From PVC group bacterium (GTDB lineage: Bacteria > Omnitrophota > Gorgyraeia > B26-G9), in the NCBI GenBank assembly GCA_024231215.1, contig JAAEQR010000072.1, forward strand, positions 257,210 through 321,209: a DNA stretch of 64,000 bases, read 5' to 3'. Below are positions 9,639 through 18,748 of the stretch, one piece after another. Below the pieces are notes generated by a model, which worked only from the letters and a program-made list of their open reading frames with translations, was not told where the DNA came from and ran no database searches. The translations under genes were made by a program, and so were the position numbers. Position 1 is the stretch's first letter. Every line of letters begins with the position of its first letter.

Positions 9639-12575
9639 ATGTTTCACAGAAAAGAAAATCGTAGTTTTTCAAAATTAATTGCATTTATTCTCATTCAGGC
9701 GTTTGTATTGGTAAACGCGCCGATAATTTATGCCGGAGGGTTATTTGACCGTAGTGCGCAAGATATCGCTTGTTTATCTCCCCAGATGCATTTAGGTGCT
9801 TCTGCATTACAGCAGGCGTTTACGGTAGAACCGGAAATTGGGCCGAGTAATGACAAAACTATCAATCTCGATGTTCTGAATCAATTGCTTGATTCCGTAG
9901 AGCTGGATGAAAACTTATTGGCTATGGAAACGTATTTAAGAAAATTTCTATCACATGATGATATCAAAACTGATACCAAGAGTTGTATTGAAATGCTCAA
10001 AAAAAGAGGTTTATTATCTCCAGTTAGCGAAACAACAGTTGAGAATTTAGCAAGAGCTATGAAGCGGGGGATTACAAGGCAGGCAGATTTGTTTCGGGAT
10101 GATATTGTAGATAAGTCTAAATCTTATGTGCGAGCAGAGCAAACAACGCTTCGTACCAGGCTTGCGACTTTAAATTATCTTAATAACAACGCAAAAGACG
10201 CAGAACTTAATTTAATCAATGCGTATAGATGGACCCAAGGTGATAATACAATTCTAAACAATATTTATAATGTATTACAAAAAGCAGCGTTGGTTAGTAT
10301 CGAAGTAGGAGCTTTATGGGAAAAGATGTTATTAGAAGACGACGGAGACAAAGCAGATGCATTCCAGCAAATAACAGAGATTATTACTTCGCAGGAAGTG
10401 GCAAAAGCTAATCAGCTATTAATAAAGGAAATAGATACAGATTGTGAAAACAATAGGGTGGATAATGCCAGAACTAAATTGACTCAACTATTAACTAAAC
10501 AAGAGCTTTCTTTGTATGGTAAGAAAACATTAGTAGAAATCATAAGTGATAAACTTTCTTTGTCGGAAGAACAACATACTCAGGTTGTTGAAATGTCTGA
10601 AGATGAAATATCCGATGCAGATATAGTAGAGTCGATAATTATTAACCGACTTTCTAATAAGCTAAATAATCTGAACAAGTCACTAGAAATTAATTTAAAA
10701 GGAAGAATGTTTGATGCGGCTTTGGCTGATATGAAAAGCATTGAAGATATAGGTGTTTTAGGTTTTGAGGAAATGAGTGAATTTAGAGATGCACAGGTAT
10801 TAATGGATTCTGTTCTGTTCAAAGAAGCAAAATTTTGGGCAGACACAAGTCTGATTAGTTTTAGTCAGGGGGATAAATCGGAAGCTAATACATCACTAAA
10901 GAATATGCTTGAGATATACGCGCATGAAGCAACTGTATTAGAGACGCGGGGTGCAATATTTAACGAGTTAAAATATAAGAAGATGGTTACTGATGATGAC
11001 AGTGAATTTTTTACGGACTTGGAGAATGCAAATGATGCGTCATCTAGGGAAAACAGTATTAAAGTTATTGTAGCAGCGATAGAGAAGAATATTGAACCGG
11101 GAATAGAAATCTTAGCAGATAATGCGAAATCATCAGTGTATGGTGATTCTACTAGAGATGATGAATATTTGACGTCAGAACAGAAAACAGAATTACTGAG
11201 AGCAAAGACAGATTATTTGCGAGAGACGATTATAAATGCTGTATCTCGTGCATATGATAAAGCAGATGTGGCCGAAGGAAGTCTTTATATGCAACAACTG
11301 GTTGATCTTACAGCTGAGAATAAAACCGATGCAGAGTTTGTTGAGCAGACGGCAAACTTAATAATCAATACCTGGTTTGGCGGTAGTGCGAGATATAAAG
11401 GTAGAGTAATGTCTTTTTTTAATGAATCAAATACATCAGAAATAACTAAATTGATTAATGATCAGGTGATTCCAAGTAAAGCGGAAACGATAATTTCTTT
11501 AGTAAAGTGGGGTTATGATCGGGGAGATATCAAAACCGCGGAAGAATATCTGACTGAAGTATTGATGCTGAGTATTTCAGCCGGAGTTACACAGAGTTCG
11601 AGAATGCAAATTATAACTTCATTGAGAATTAATGGATTGGTGCGAGATAGTCTGAATCCTATTTTAACTAGCGATCTTGAAGCAGCGGTTAATGCAGAAG
11701 ATAAGGCTAAGAGTATTGAGAATATAGTTGCATATTTAACGGTAAATATCGGTCTGAATACAGTACGGGAAGATGTCCCTCAGATGCGGCGTTATTTGCG
11801 CAAACTCCAGACAATAGATGCGGGGAACAGCTTGCTTGTGCTACTTAATTCTTTTTTTGCAAAAGGAGTTTCAGCCGAACGCCAAAAAGAATTGGTGGAT
11901 ATGCTGGTGGCCGAAGAAGTAATTAGTGAAAATGAAAAAGATGCACGCTTAAATGAATTAACTAAAGCAATTGGAAAGTCTGAAAAGGTCTATGAGATAA
12001 GAGATATTATCCTTAAACAGGGGATACTGGTTGAAATGGCCGGCCAAATAAGTTTGGCTAACTGGCTTTATGAACAACTGGAAGCTGACAAAGCTGGCAG
12101 CTTTTTAAAATTGGTTTTGGATATTTGTGATGTAACTCCGACTTTAGGAAAAGATATATTTGCTTTGTTATCCGCGGTAGGATTAGAAAATGCAGATGAT
12201 ACACAAAGAGAGAATTTATATCAAATCCTGAGTAAAGATGATACACTTAAAAATGAAATTATTGAAACGATCAATTATAATCAACAGATTGAAAAAGCAG
12301 AGCGGTTGATGAGACTAATAAGCCTTCGCGCAGCGGATAAAAATGATATCGGTGGAAAACAAATGTTTAAAGAAATTAAACGCTTGCTTAAAATTTATTG
12401 TGATGAAGGATCGTCCGAGCGGTTAAAGAAAAATATTTTCGCATTAACATCTAGATTAAGTAATTTAAACATGAGAGCTTTGCTGGGAAGTATCTTCTCC
12501 TCAGTTTCTAAAAAAATAGAATCTGAGAAAGCTCCGACGGAACAAGTATTAAGTATAGTTGGTCAGGCGATATAA
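9639..12575 (+). CDS. Alpha-helical repeat protein of the LIQAF/LSP...QAI motif family
   Basis: SD AGGAGG. N-terminus ILIQAF...CLSPQ, C-terminus IVGQAI*. Internal helical repeats (e.g. FSQGDKSEANTSL, YDRGDIKTAEEYL). Confidence 0.85.
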   Translation: MFHRKENRSFSKLIAFILIQAFVLVNAPIIYAGGLFDRSAQDIACLSPQMHLGASALQQAFTVEPEIGPSNDKTINLDVLNQLLDSVELDENLLAMETYLRKFLSHDDIKTDTKSCIEMLKKRGLLSPVSETTVENLARAMKRGITRQADLFRDDIVDKSKSYVRAEQTTLRTRLATLNYLNNNAKDAELNLINAYRWTQGDNTILNNIYNVLQKAALVSIEVGALWEKMLLEDDGDKADAFQQITEIITSQEVAKANQLLIKEIDTDCENNRVDNARTKLTQLLTKQELSLYGKKTLVEIISDKLSLSEEQHTQVVEMSEDEISDADIVESIIINRLSNKLNNLNKSLEINLKGRMFDAALADMKSIEDIGVLGFEEMSEFRDAQVLMDSVLFKEAKFWADTSLISFSQGDKSEANTSLKNMLEIYAHEATVLETRGAIFNELKYKKMVTDDDSEFFTDLENANDASSRENSIKVIVAAIEKNIEPGIEILADNAKSSVYGDSTRDDEYLTSEQKTELLRAKTDYLRETIINAVSRAYDKADVAEGSLYMQQLVDLTAENKTDAEFVEQTANLIINTWFGGSARYKGRVMSFFNESNTSEITKLINDQVIPSKAETIISLVKWGYDRGDIKTAEEYLTEVLMLSISAGVTQSSRMQIITSLRINGLVRDSLNPILTSDLEAAVNAEDKAKSIENIVAYLTVNIGLNTVREDVPQMRRYLRKLQTIDAGNSLLVLLNSFFAKGVSAERQKELVDMLVAEEVISENEKDARLNELTKAIGKSEKVYEIRDIILKQGILVEMAGQISLANWLYEQLEADKAGSFLKLVLDICDVTPTLGKDIFALLSAVGLENADDTQRENLYQILSKDDTLKNEIIETINYNQQIEKAERLMRLISLRAADKNDIGGKQMFKEIKRLLKIYCDEGSSERLKKNIFALTSRLSNLNMRALLGSIFSSVSKKIESEKAPTEQVLSIVGQAI

Positions 12576-12605
12576 GGATAGTTTTTATTAGGGAGATTCT
12601 GAACA

Positions 12606-14608
12606 GTGGTAAAAAAAAAGTCAAAATTCACACAATTATTTTTATTCTTATCCAGGCATTTATCCTGCCGGGTGGGCTAGGGGCGGGTATGCACAACAAG
12701 GACGCAGTGAATAGAATCTACTTGTCCCCACAATTAAATATAAATAGTGTTTTATTGCAGTCGGTATTTAACCGGATGCCGGTTGCTTCATCTCCCCGGA
12801 TAAAGGTTAACATTCCGGAACAAACCATACAAAAAAAATTCATTATTTCCGCTTCCCTTAGAAAGCGTTCTGTTTTACTTGATACTGCGTGGAAAGCTAT
12901 ACCAGCGATATATCGTTTTATTTTCGGTCCTGCATTTAAAATTATTCAGTCGCAGAAACATAAGCTTAAAGAACGTATAACCCAAGTTGTATTTAATCAT
13001 CTTTCACTCCGGAAACCATTACCTGTGTCGGCTGTGGTAAAGGATGATCTTTATGCAAGGTTGGCAGGCGCGGCAAATAATTTAATTGGCACATATGCGC
13101 CGGTATTTACTGACTCACAGGAAAAGGCAAAGCGTATAGAAAAGCAGCTAGTGGGAGGTCTTGCTTTTTTAAAGCAGATACAAATGGTTGATCAGCTGAT
13201 AGATAAGATTTGTTCTATAAAAAATAAGTCTGAATATATAAATGATTTTTTAGAGCTTTTTAGCCGGGAAGAAATACCAGCCTATACCAGAAAAGCTATT
13301 TTTGAACATATATTAAAGAAGAAGCTTTTTGTAGATGATCTGGATGAGAAATTATTCTTAGATTATGTTCAGGCGATAGAAATAGGAGACAGGAATAAAG
13401 CATATCGGCTGCATGTAAAGATTGTTGAGATGCTTGCGATGAACCTTTCTTTAAAGCATGAGGCATTGCTTATTGAGGCAATGATCGAGGCTTATAATCA
13501 GAAAGATTTGGATTCCGCAGAACAACGGCTTTCAGACTTGCTGGAAATGTATGCGGATATGAATAGGACTTCAGAATATAGAAACATATTATTTAAGAAA
13601 TTAAAAGGCAAGGTATTGATAGAAGAAAAAGATAGAGATTTATTTGATGAGCTTGTTGATATTTCAGAAAGTAATTTTCCCGTAAGCATCATAAAGAAGA
13701 ACATATTTGCTATGTTCTATCATGCATTGGCAACATATTTGAAAGAAGTGAATCCGTTCATTTATAAAATATTAAAAGCAGTTAAACTATACTTTACAGA
13801 GGAAGAAAAACCTAAAACTCCGAAGCCGGTTGTAGTTGATCCGGTGCTGACTCAAGATGTTTCCAAGGGAGTAGACAGTTGTCCGGTTTTTGCAGATGAA
13901 ATAATTGAAACTATTGATAGAGCATTGTCTAGCGATGATATTATTATTAATTTTTTACGGAAAGTATGTTTAGAAGCAGATTCATCAATAGATAGTTCAG
14001 AAAGAGAGCTATCTATTGTAAAACAATTCTTAAACGATACGATGTTTAATAACCCCCATATAGATAAAGAAAACATAATTATTGGATATGAGATGGAAAC
14101 AAGGGATGATATGTTTTTGCTGATGCGGGATATTATGCTTCGATATCGTGCAAATAGCGAACAAGGACTTCCTTTTGATTTTGAACTTTTGGCGGCACGA
14201 GTATTAAAAGAAGATGCACAGTTGTATTCATTTAAACTTATGGAGCCAATACGGAACTTTCATGGACTTGCGATAAGCAGGGTAGAAATTTGCGGGCCTA
14301 AGGATAAAAAGGAAAGAGGGAGTAAGGGTCGGTTGGCTTACATAGAGGTACCCTACAAAAGTTCTGGGGAGCGTGAATTTAATAGATTATATAAAGCTGC
14401 GCGTGATAATCAATATGATTATGGAAAATTTGCAGTTGGTGAAACAGTTTGCGAAAATGGCATAAAAATGTTTGAGATTATTATCAAGGGAGATGGCAAA
14501 TCGTCCGATTTTGGCATAAGATTTTCTATTAAGGATGAAACTTTCGGATTATATCCGAAAAATGATCATAATTTTGATCCCATGGAACTGGTTTTACAGG
14601 CAATATGA
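12606..14608 (+). CDS. LIQAF/LSP...QAI family protein whose N-terminus needs a -1 shift at the A9 run 12611-12619
   Basis: The frame of ATG 12689 extends upstream as KKKVKIHTIIFILIQAFILPGGLGAG with no ATG/GTG/TTG. The SD (GGGAG) and GTG 12606 are in another frame. YLSPQ box present; ends VLQAI*. Confidence 0.7.
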
Positions 14609-14647
14609 TCTGGATGAAATGAAAAGTTAAAAAAAGGATAAAATAAG

Positions 14648-14676
14648 TTGCAAAAACACGGTTTATAAGATATACT
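14648..14676 (+). promoter_or_regulatory. sigma70-type promoter
   Basis: TTGCAA-17 bp-TATACT upstream of the PilZ gene. Confidence 0.6.
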
Positions 14677-14712
14677 TTAACGGTTTGTGTGAGATGCTTT
14701 AGAGAGGAAATT

Positions 14713-15099
14713 ATGGGACAAGAAAGAAGAAAATACATACGTTTAAAAGTACACAGTTCAGTGGCTAATTGCCGTTTGTTGTCAATACGTCAAAGGGACC
14801 CGTGTAGTACCTTTACGGTCTGGCCGGTAAAAGACCTTGGAATTGGAGGGCTATCGGTTCATACTGAAGATGAAGTTCCTTTGGATACCTTAGCATATCT
14901 GAATATGGATCTGGATATCGCTATGCGTACCGTAGGAGTTCTTGCCAAGGTGATCTGGCGTAAGGCAAAAGATGTAGGCTATGAGCTGGGGCTGCAATTT
15001 TGCGGCTGGCCCAAAGAAGATGACCGGGATGCCATGGCTGATTATATTGAGCATCAGATCAGTAGTGAATCTGATTCTGAAGCTATAATTTTAGGATAA
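14713..15099 (+). CDS. Stand-alone PilZ-domain protein (c-di-GMP receptor)
   Basis: ERRKYIR (RxxxR), KDLGIGG (DxSxxG-like) and KVIW...YELGLQF. SD GAGG before ATG 14713. Confidence 0.85.
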   Translation: MGQERRKYIRLKVHSSVANCRLLSIRQRDPCSTFTVWPVKDLGIGGLSVHTEDEVPLDTLAYLNMDLDIAMRTVGVLAKVIWRKAKDVGYELGLQFCGWPKEDDRDAMADYIEHQISSESDSEAIILG

Positions 15100-15120
15100 A
15101 TTAATAAGGAGACAATTTTG

Positions 15121-18100
15121 ATGAAGTTTCTAGGTTTAAAACATAGGATGTTAAAACCCAAAATTTGCAATAGAACGTGGCGAAGAACACTAATCTTTTG
15201 GGCTCAAAAAAGCTACAAAAAGCTTCGACAAACAATAAAGTGTGCCTGCGTTTTTTGTAACTTTTTGATCTCCAAAATATCAGCACTCTTTATCCCCGAC
15301 TATCGCAAAATCTGGGTTAAAATAATTGCAATGACACTTGTTCAGACATTTCTGATTGTGAATATCTGTGGACCAGTACATGCCCAAATTAATAATAAGG
15401 AACAGACTAATTCTGATTATCTGGCGCCGCAGGTGATTTTGAATCATGATACCATCCGAAATGCTTTTATTGATATTGTAGAAAATGGTAATATATTCGA
15501 TGGTCTTTTTGAAAGTGAAAATCAATTTAGCGAGGGGGCAGGGAATGATGGGAAGGTACATCATCAATCAACTAATATTTTTAATAATTTTTCAAGTCCG
15601 GTTTCTATCCCAAGTGATTTCGCTAACGGAAAAATAATCAGACTGGATAGCCCCACAGCACCACCGCCACCCGAGAATTTCAAACAAGTTTTTCCAACAG
15701 GTTTTAATGAATTTAAATTTGGTTTGTGGGGAAGATTAAGTTGGAACAAAGAAGATTTAGTTCAACACATGAAGAAATATGGAATAATTGTAGATTCTGA
15801 GGATTTTGATAAAGAACAATTGCGTAGGGTATATAACACGTTTGTTGTAGCGGTTGAAAAAGATAAAGATTTTACAAATGCATGGTTTATGTTGGGAGAA
15901 ATTCATATTTCCAGAGAAGATATGTATTTTCAGGCAGGAGAAGAGAAACCACACAAGCTTCTTTTCCCGCATGTTACAGAATATGAGACAAAAATAATTT
16001 TCTATAATTCTTTCTTTTATATTAATAGAATGACAAGAATTCATTTATTTGATGGAAGAAGCGTAAATGACCGCAAGAAGAATTTAATAGACACCGTTAA
16101 AATGGCTCATGATCTTAGTGTGTATTATGAGGGGAGGGGATTGCCGGTTAAAACTACTGATTTAGAGAGTGCTCAGGCGCAGGATATGTTTGAAAAATTA
16201 GATATAGTTGGAACTGAGTCCACAATAAAATTCATTCTTGATTCGATGAAAGATGAACCGTATGATGATATCAAAATAGCAGTTCCGGAATTAATATCGA
16301 TACAAGCTTTTAAAAACGCATTGAGGATATCGAGAATTAGTTATGAAGAGCTGGGTAGAGAACAAATGATAGAGCTGCTTACAAAGATAAATGAATTGGC
16401 ACAGGAAGATATGCTTAATAAGAGTCGGGTTGACGATGAGCTTTTAAATAGAGCAATATCTGAGTGTTCTAATGTTTCTCTTAGTGCTGGAAAAAAGAAA
16501 ATGCTTATTAAGAGTCTAAATAGTGCAATTGATACCTGGAAAAATGAAAAAAAGTATTGGGGAGTTAGAGAGCACTTTAGTGGCGGGCGTCAAATTCGGA
16601 CATTTCTTTTGTATCCATTTGGCATCCAGGAGTTAGACAGACTTCGAAATGAATCGAATGGATATAAAAATCCTCGTGTTTGGAAAATCCGAGAAGATGA
16701 AGATTCTATGGCTATGTATGAATTGTTATGGAGATATTCGCCTAAAAACCATGAGATAGAGGAGGGGCATTTACAGCAGGTTTTTGCGGCTGATCCAGAT
16801 AATCCTGTTCTAGATATTCCTTTAAAGGATGGATCACCTGATGATATACTTCGTTCAATAGTTGAGATTGCGGTGACTGATTGGAAACAAAAGGCGGCAG
16901 GTCTTTCGGGTGGATTTGTGTCTGCTATGAAGGGAATAACCAATACATTGGGACAGAATGGTTATAATGCGTATTTGCCTGGGCCGAAGACAGAAGGGTT
17001 GCTTAAAGAAGTGCATGCAAATGTTCCTATTTTTAGGCATGGTGGGTATATGGCAGTTGCATTAGATATATGGTTTTTTTATGTTTTTAGTGCCAGAGAA
17101 AACTTAAATGTTAATAAATTGAATCATATTGTAGAACATATTTGTAGGACAAGATATACATTTTTGAATGAAAGAGGAAGAAATCTAGTTAGGACTCATA
17201 TTCAGGAAATTGATAATAAACATCGCAAAGAAAGAAAACTTCGAACTCGCAATTTGAAGTTAAAAGAGGAAGATGATCATTGGGTAAATAATGGGAGTGG
17301 TACATTATTCCCTAAATTATTAAATGTAATGATGGGTATTCCTTTTTTTGCTGTAGAAACTATGATTCCGACAACATTAAAGGCTTCAACTATAGTTCAG
17401 CAAAGTCAGGGAGGTGCTGGTGGAGCGAACTTGGGTGCTTATCTGGTGGGAGGGATAGCTGTTGGATTTTCTGTTTGGATATATAATAAATTTTTTAGTC
17501 AAAAAGCAATTCGGAAAGAAATCGAGAGACTTTCTTTGGAAGCAATGGAGAAAAATGATGTTTCTAAATTAAGAAGATATTATGACAAATCTAATTATAA
17601 ACGTAAGCAGATGATTATTAATACGGTTGGAATAGCCGGAGAAGAAGCAACTAATGAGGCCTTTCTTCAACAACTTATAGCGAGTGAAGGTGACGATGCA
17701 TATGCTAAAGCTGTTGTGGATGGAGTCTATGAATTTTTGTTGCTTAGAACTAGCGATGTATTGTCGGGTACTATATATGAAATATCTGATTTATCATTGC
17801 AGGATTCTGTTTTACTAGAGTTCTTAGTAGAAGATGATATGGATAAAAAATATGATATAGTTATTGAAGATGAATTTGCTGTGGCAGATGAATTGGTCGA
17901 AGTTTTTGGGGAGTTGCAGCAAGAGCAAGCTGATTATGCACTGGGTAACAATGAATTTCATAAAGGAGAATTTTATAGGATGGTCAATGAGAATCCTGTG
18001 CTGAAAGAATCCTTGATTGACGCTGGTAGAAAAAAAGGTGAAGTTCTTCAGCGGTTTGCTATAAATAACTGGATTGCGGTACAAGCTAGAAAAAACAAAG

Positions 18101-18312
18101 AGGATGCTTCAATAGTAGTTGAAAAGTTACTTTCACCGGAAGCAAGAAGAAAAGTGGAAGAAATAGGGGATAATTCTAGTGATCCTGATTTTAGAGCTGA
18201 AGCTGAATTAGCGCTTATGCTGGATGAAAAATTAACAGTTGGAACATCAAGAAGCAGTGTAGATTCGAGAGAAAAAGACTCATTGATTGCAGTTATTGAG
18301 GCTGCAATTTAG
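15121..18312 (+). CDS. Large LVQTF/LAP...EAAI family protein with an internal TM segment, function unknown
   Basis: SD AGGAG; start TTG 15118 or ATG 15121. TLVQTF...YLAPQ at the N-terminus, TM AYLVGGIAVGFSVWIY, ends VIEAAI*. Confidence 0.85.
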   Translation: MKFLGLKHRMLKPKICNRTWRRTLIFWAQKSYKKLRQTIKCACVFCNFLISKISALFIPDYRKIWVKIIAMTLVQTFLIVNICGPVHAQINNKEQTNSDYLAPQVILNHDTIRNAFIDIVENGNIFDGLFESENQFSEGAGNDGKVHHQSTNIFNNFSSPVSIPSDFANGKIIRLDSPTAPPPPENFKQVFPTGFNEFKFGLWGRLSWNKEDLVQHMKKYGIIVDSEDFDKEQLRRVYNTFVVAVEKDKDFTNAWFMLGEIHISREDMYFQAGEEKPHKLLFPHVTEYETKIIFYNSFFYINRMTRIHLFDGRSVNDRKKNLIDTVKMAHDLSVYYEGRGLPVKTTDLESAQAQDMFEKLDIVGTESTIKFILDSMKDEPYDDIKIAVPELISIQAFKNALRISRISYEELGREQMIELLTKINELAQEDMLNKSRVDDELLNRAISECSNVSLSAGKKKMLIKSLNSAIDTWKNEKKYWGVREHFSGGRQIRTFLLYPFGIQELDRLRNESNGYKNPRVWKIREDEDSMAMYELLWRYSPKNHEIEEGHLQQVFAADPDNPVLDIPLKDGSPDDILRSIVEIAVTDWKQKAAGLSGGFVSAMKGITNTLGQNGYNAYLPGPKTEGLLKEVHANVPIFRHGGYMAVALDIWFFYVFSARENLNVNKLNHIVEHICRTRYTFLNERGRNLVRTHIQEIDNKHRKERKLRTRNLKLKEEDDHWVNNGSGTLFPKLLNVMMGIPFFAVETMIPTTLKASTIVQQSQGGAGGANLGAYLVGGIAVGFSVWIYNKFFSQKAIRKEIERLSLEAMEKNDVSKLRRYYDKSNYKRKQMIINTVGIAGEEATNEAFLQQLIASEGDDAYAKAVVDGVYEFLLLRTSDVLSGTIYEISDLSLQDSVLLEFLVEDDMDKKYDIVIEDEFAVADELVEVFGELQQEQADYALGNNEFHKGEFYRMVNENPVLKESLIDAGRKKGEVLQRFAINNWIAVQARKNKEDASIVVEKLLSPEARRKVEEIGDNSSDPDFRAEAELALMLDEKLTVGTSRSSVDSREKDSLIAVIEAAI
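15170..15303. repeat. Imperfect ~134-bp palindromic (MITE-like) element translated in-frame
   Basis: Left arm ...AAGAACACTAATCTTTTGGGCTCAAAAAAGCTACAAAAA pairs with right arm TTTTTGTAACTTTTTGATCTCCAAAATATCAGCACTCTT. Confidence 0.6.
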
Positions 18313-18351
18313 CTTATGGGGCTGAAAAAAATAAAATAAATAGCATATTTG

Positions 18352-18385
18352 TCCGCTGGGGGGAAGAATATCCCGGCGGATTTTT
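18352..18385 (+). terminator. Rho-independent terminator
   Basis: TCCGCTGGG/CCCGGCGGA stem followed by T5. Confidence 0.65.
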
Positions 18386-18391
18386 AATTAT

Positions 18392-18416
18392 CGGGCGATT
18401 CGTGAATCGCCCCTAC
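18392..18416 (-). repeat. GTAG-type REP-like palindrome
   Basis: The minus strand reads GTAGGGGCGATTCACGAATCGCCCG, with the same length and ends as 9591-9615. Confidence 0.65.
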
Positions 18417-18471
18417 AAGTCGAAAATAAATAAACATAATTGGGAGGGCAATTTTAAAAGAGTCAATGCTT

Positions 18472-18552
18472 ACAACATCTTTATTTTCAATAGCTTGCAA
18501 CTTCTAAAAAAAGCGAAAAATCTTTGACAGGGCCTACTTTTTATGATATACT
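18472..18552 (+). promoter_or_regulatory. 26-bp upstream motif (18472-18497) plus sigma70 promoter (18524-18552) of the giant gene
   Basis: ACAACATCTTTATTTTCAATAGCTTG, then TTGACA-17 bp-TATACT with extended -10 TG. Confidence 0.75.
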
Positions 18553-18656
18553 ATAAATGTCTTAAAAAAGAGGGTAAAATATTTATAACTGATTGAAAAT
18601 AAATGTTGTTAGAAAAACAATTCGACAGTTCCGAAAGGACTGCTTTAAGGTTGGGT

Positions 18657-18699
18657 GGGTGGGCTGAAGATAGAAATTATCTTCAGCATGCCCTTTTTT
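18657..18699 (+). terminator. Intrinsic terminator inside the 5' leader of the giant gene (possible attenuator)
   Basis: Perfect 10-bp stem GCTGAAGATA/TATCTTCAGC, extended by GGGTG/TGCCC and followed by T6. Lies between the promoter and ATG 18749. Confidence 0.7.
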
Positions 18700-18748
18700 G
18701 TTTTCAGATACTGTTACAAAACGCACATCTACAAAATAAGGTGAAGAG

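Noticed and set aside
18600-18700. c-di-GMP-I (GEMM) riboswitch in the giant-gene leader
   Set aside because: A GAAA-loop hairpin is present, but the GGCAAA...GACGCAAA core and tetraloop receptor are not.
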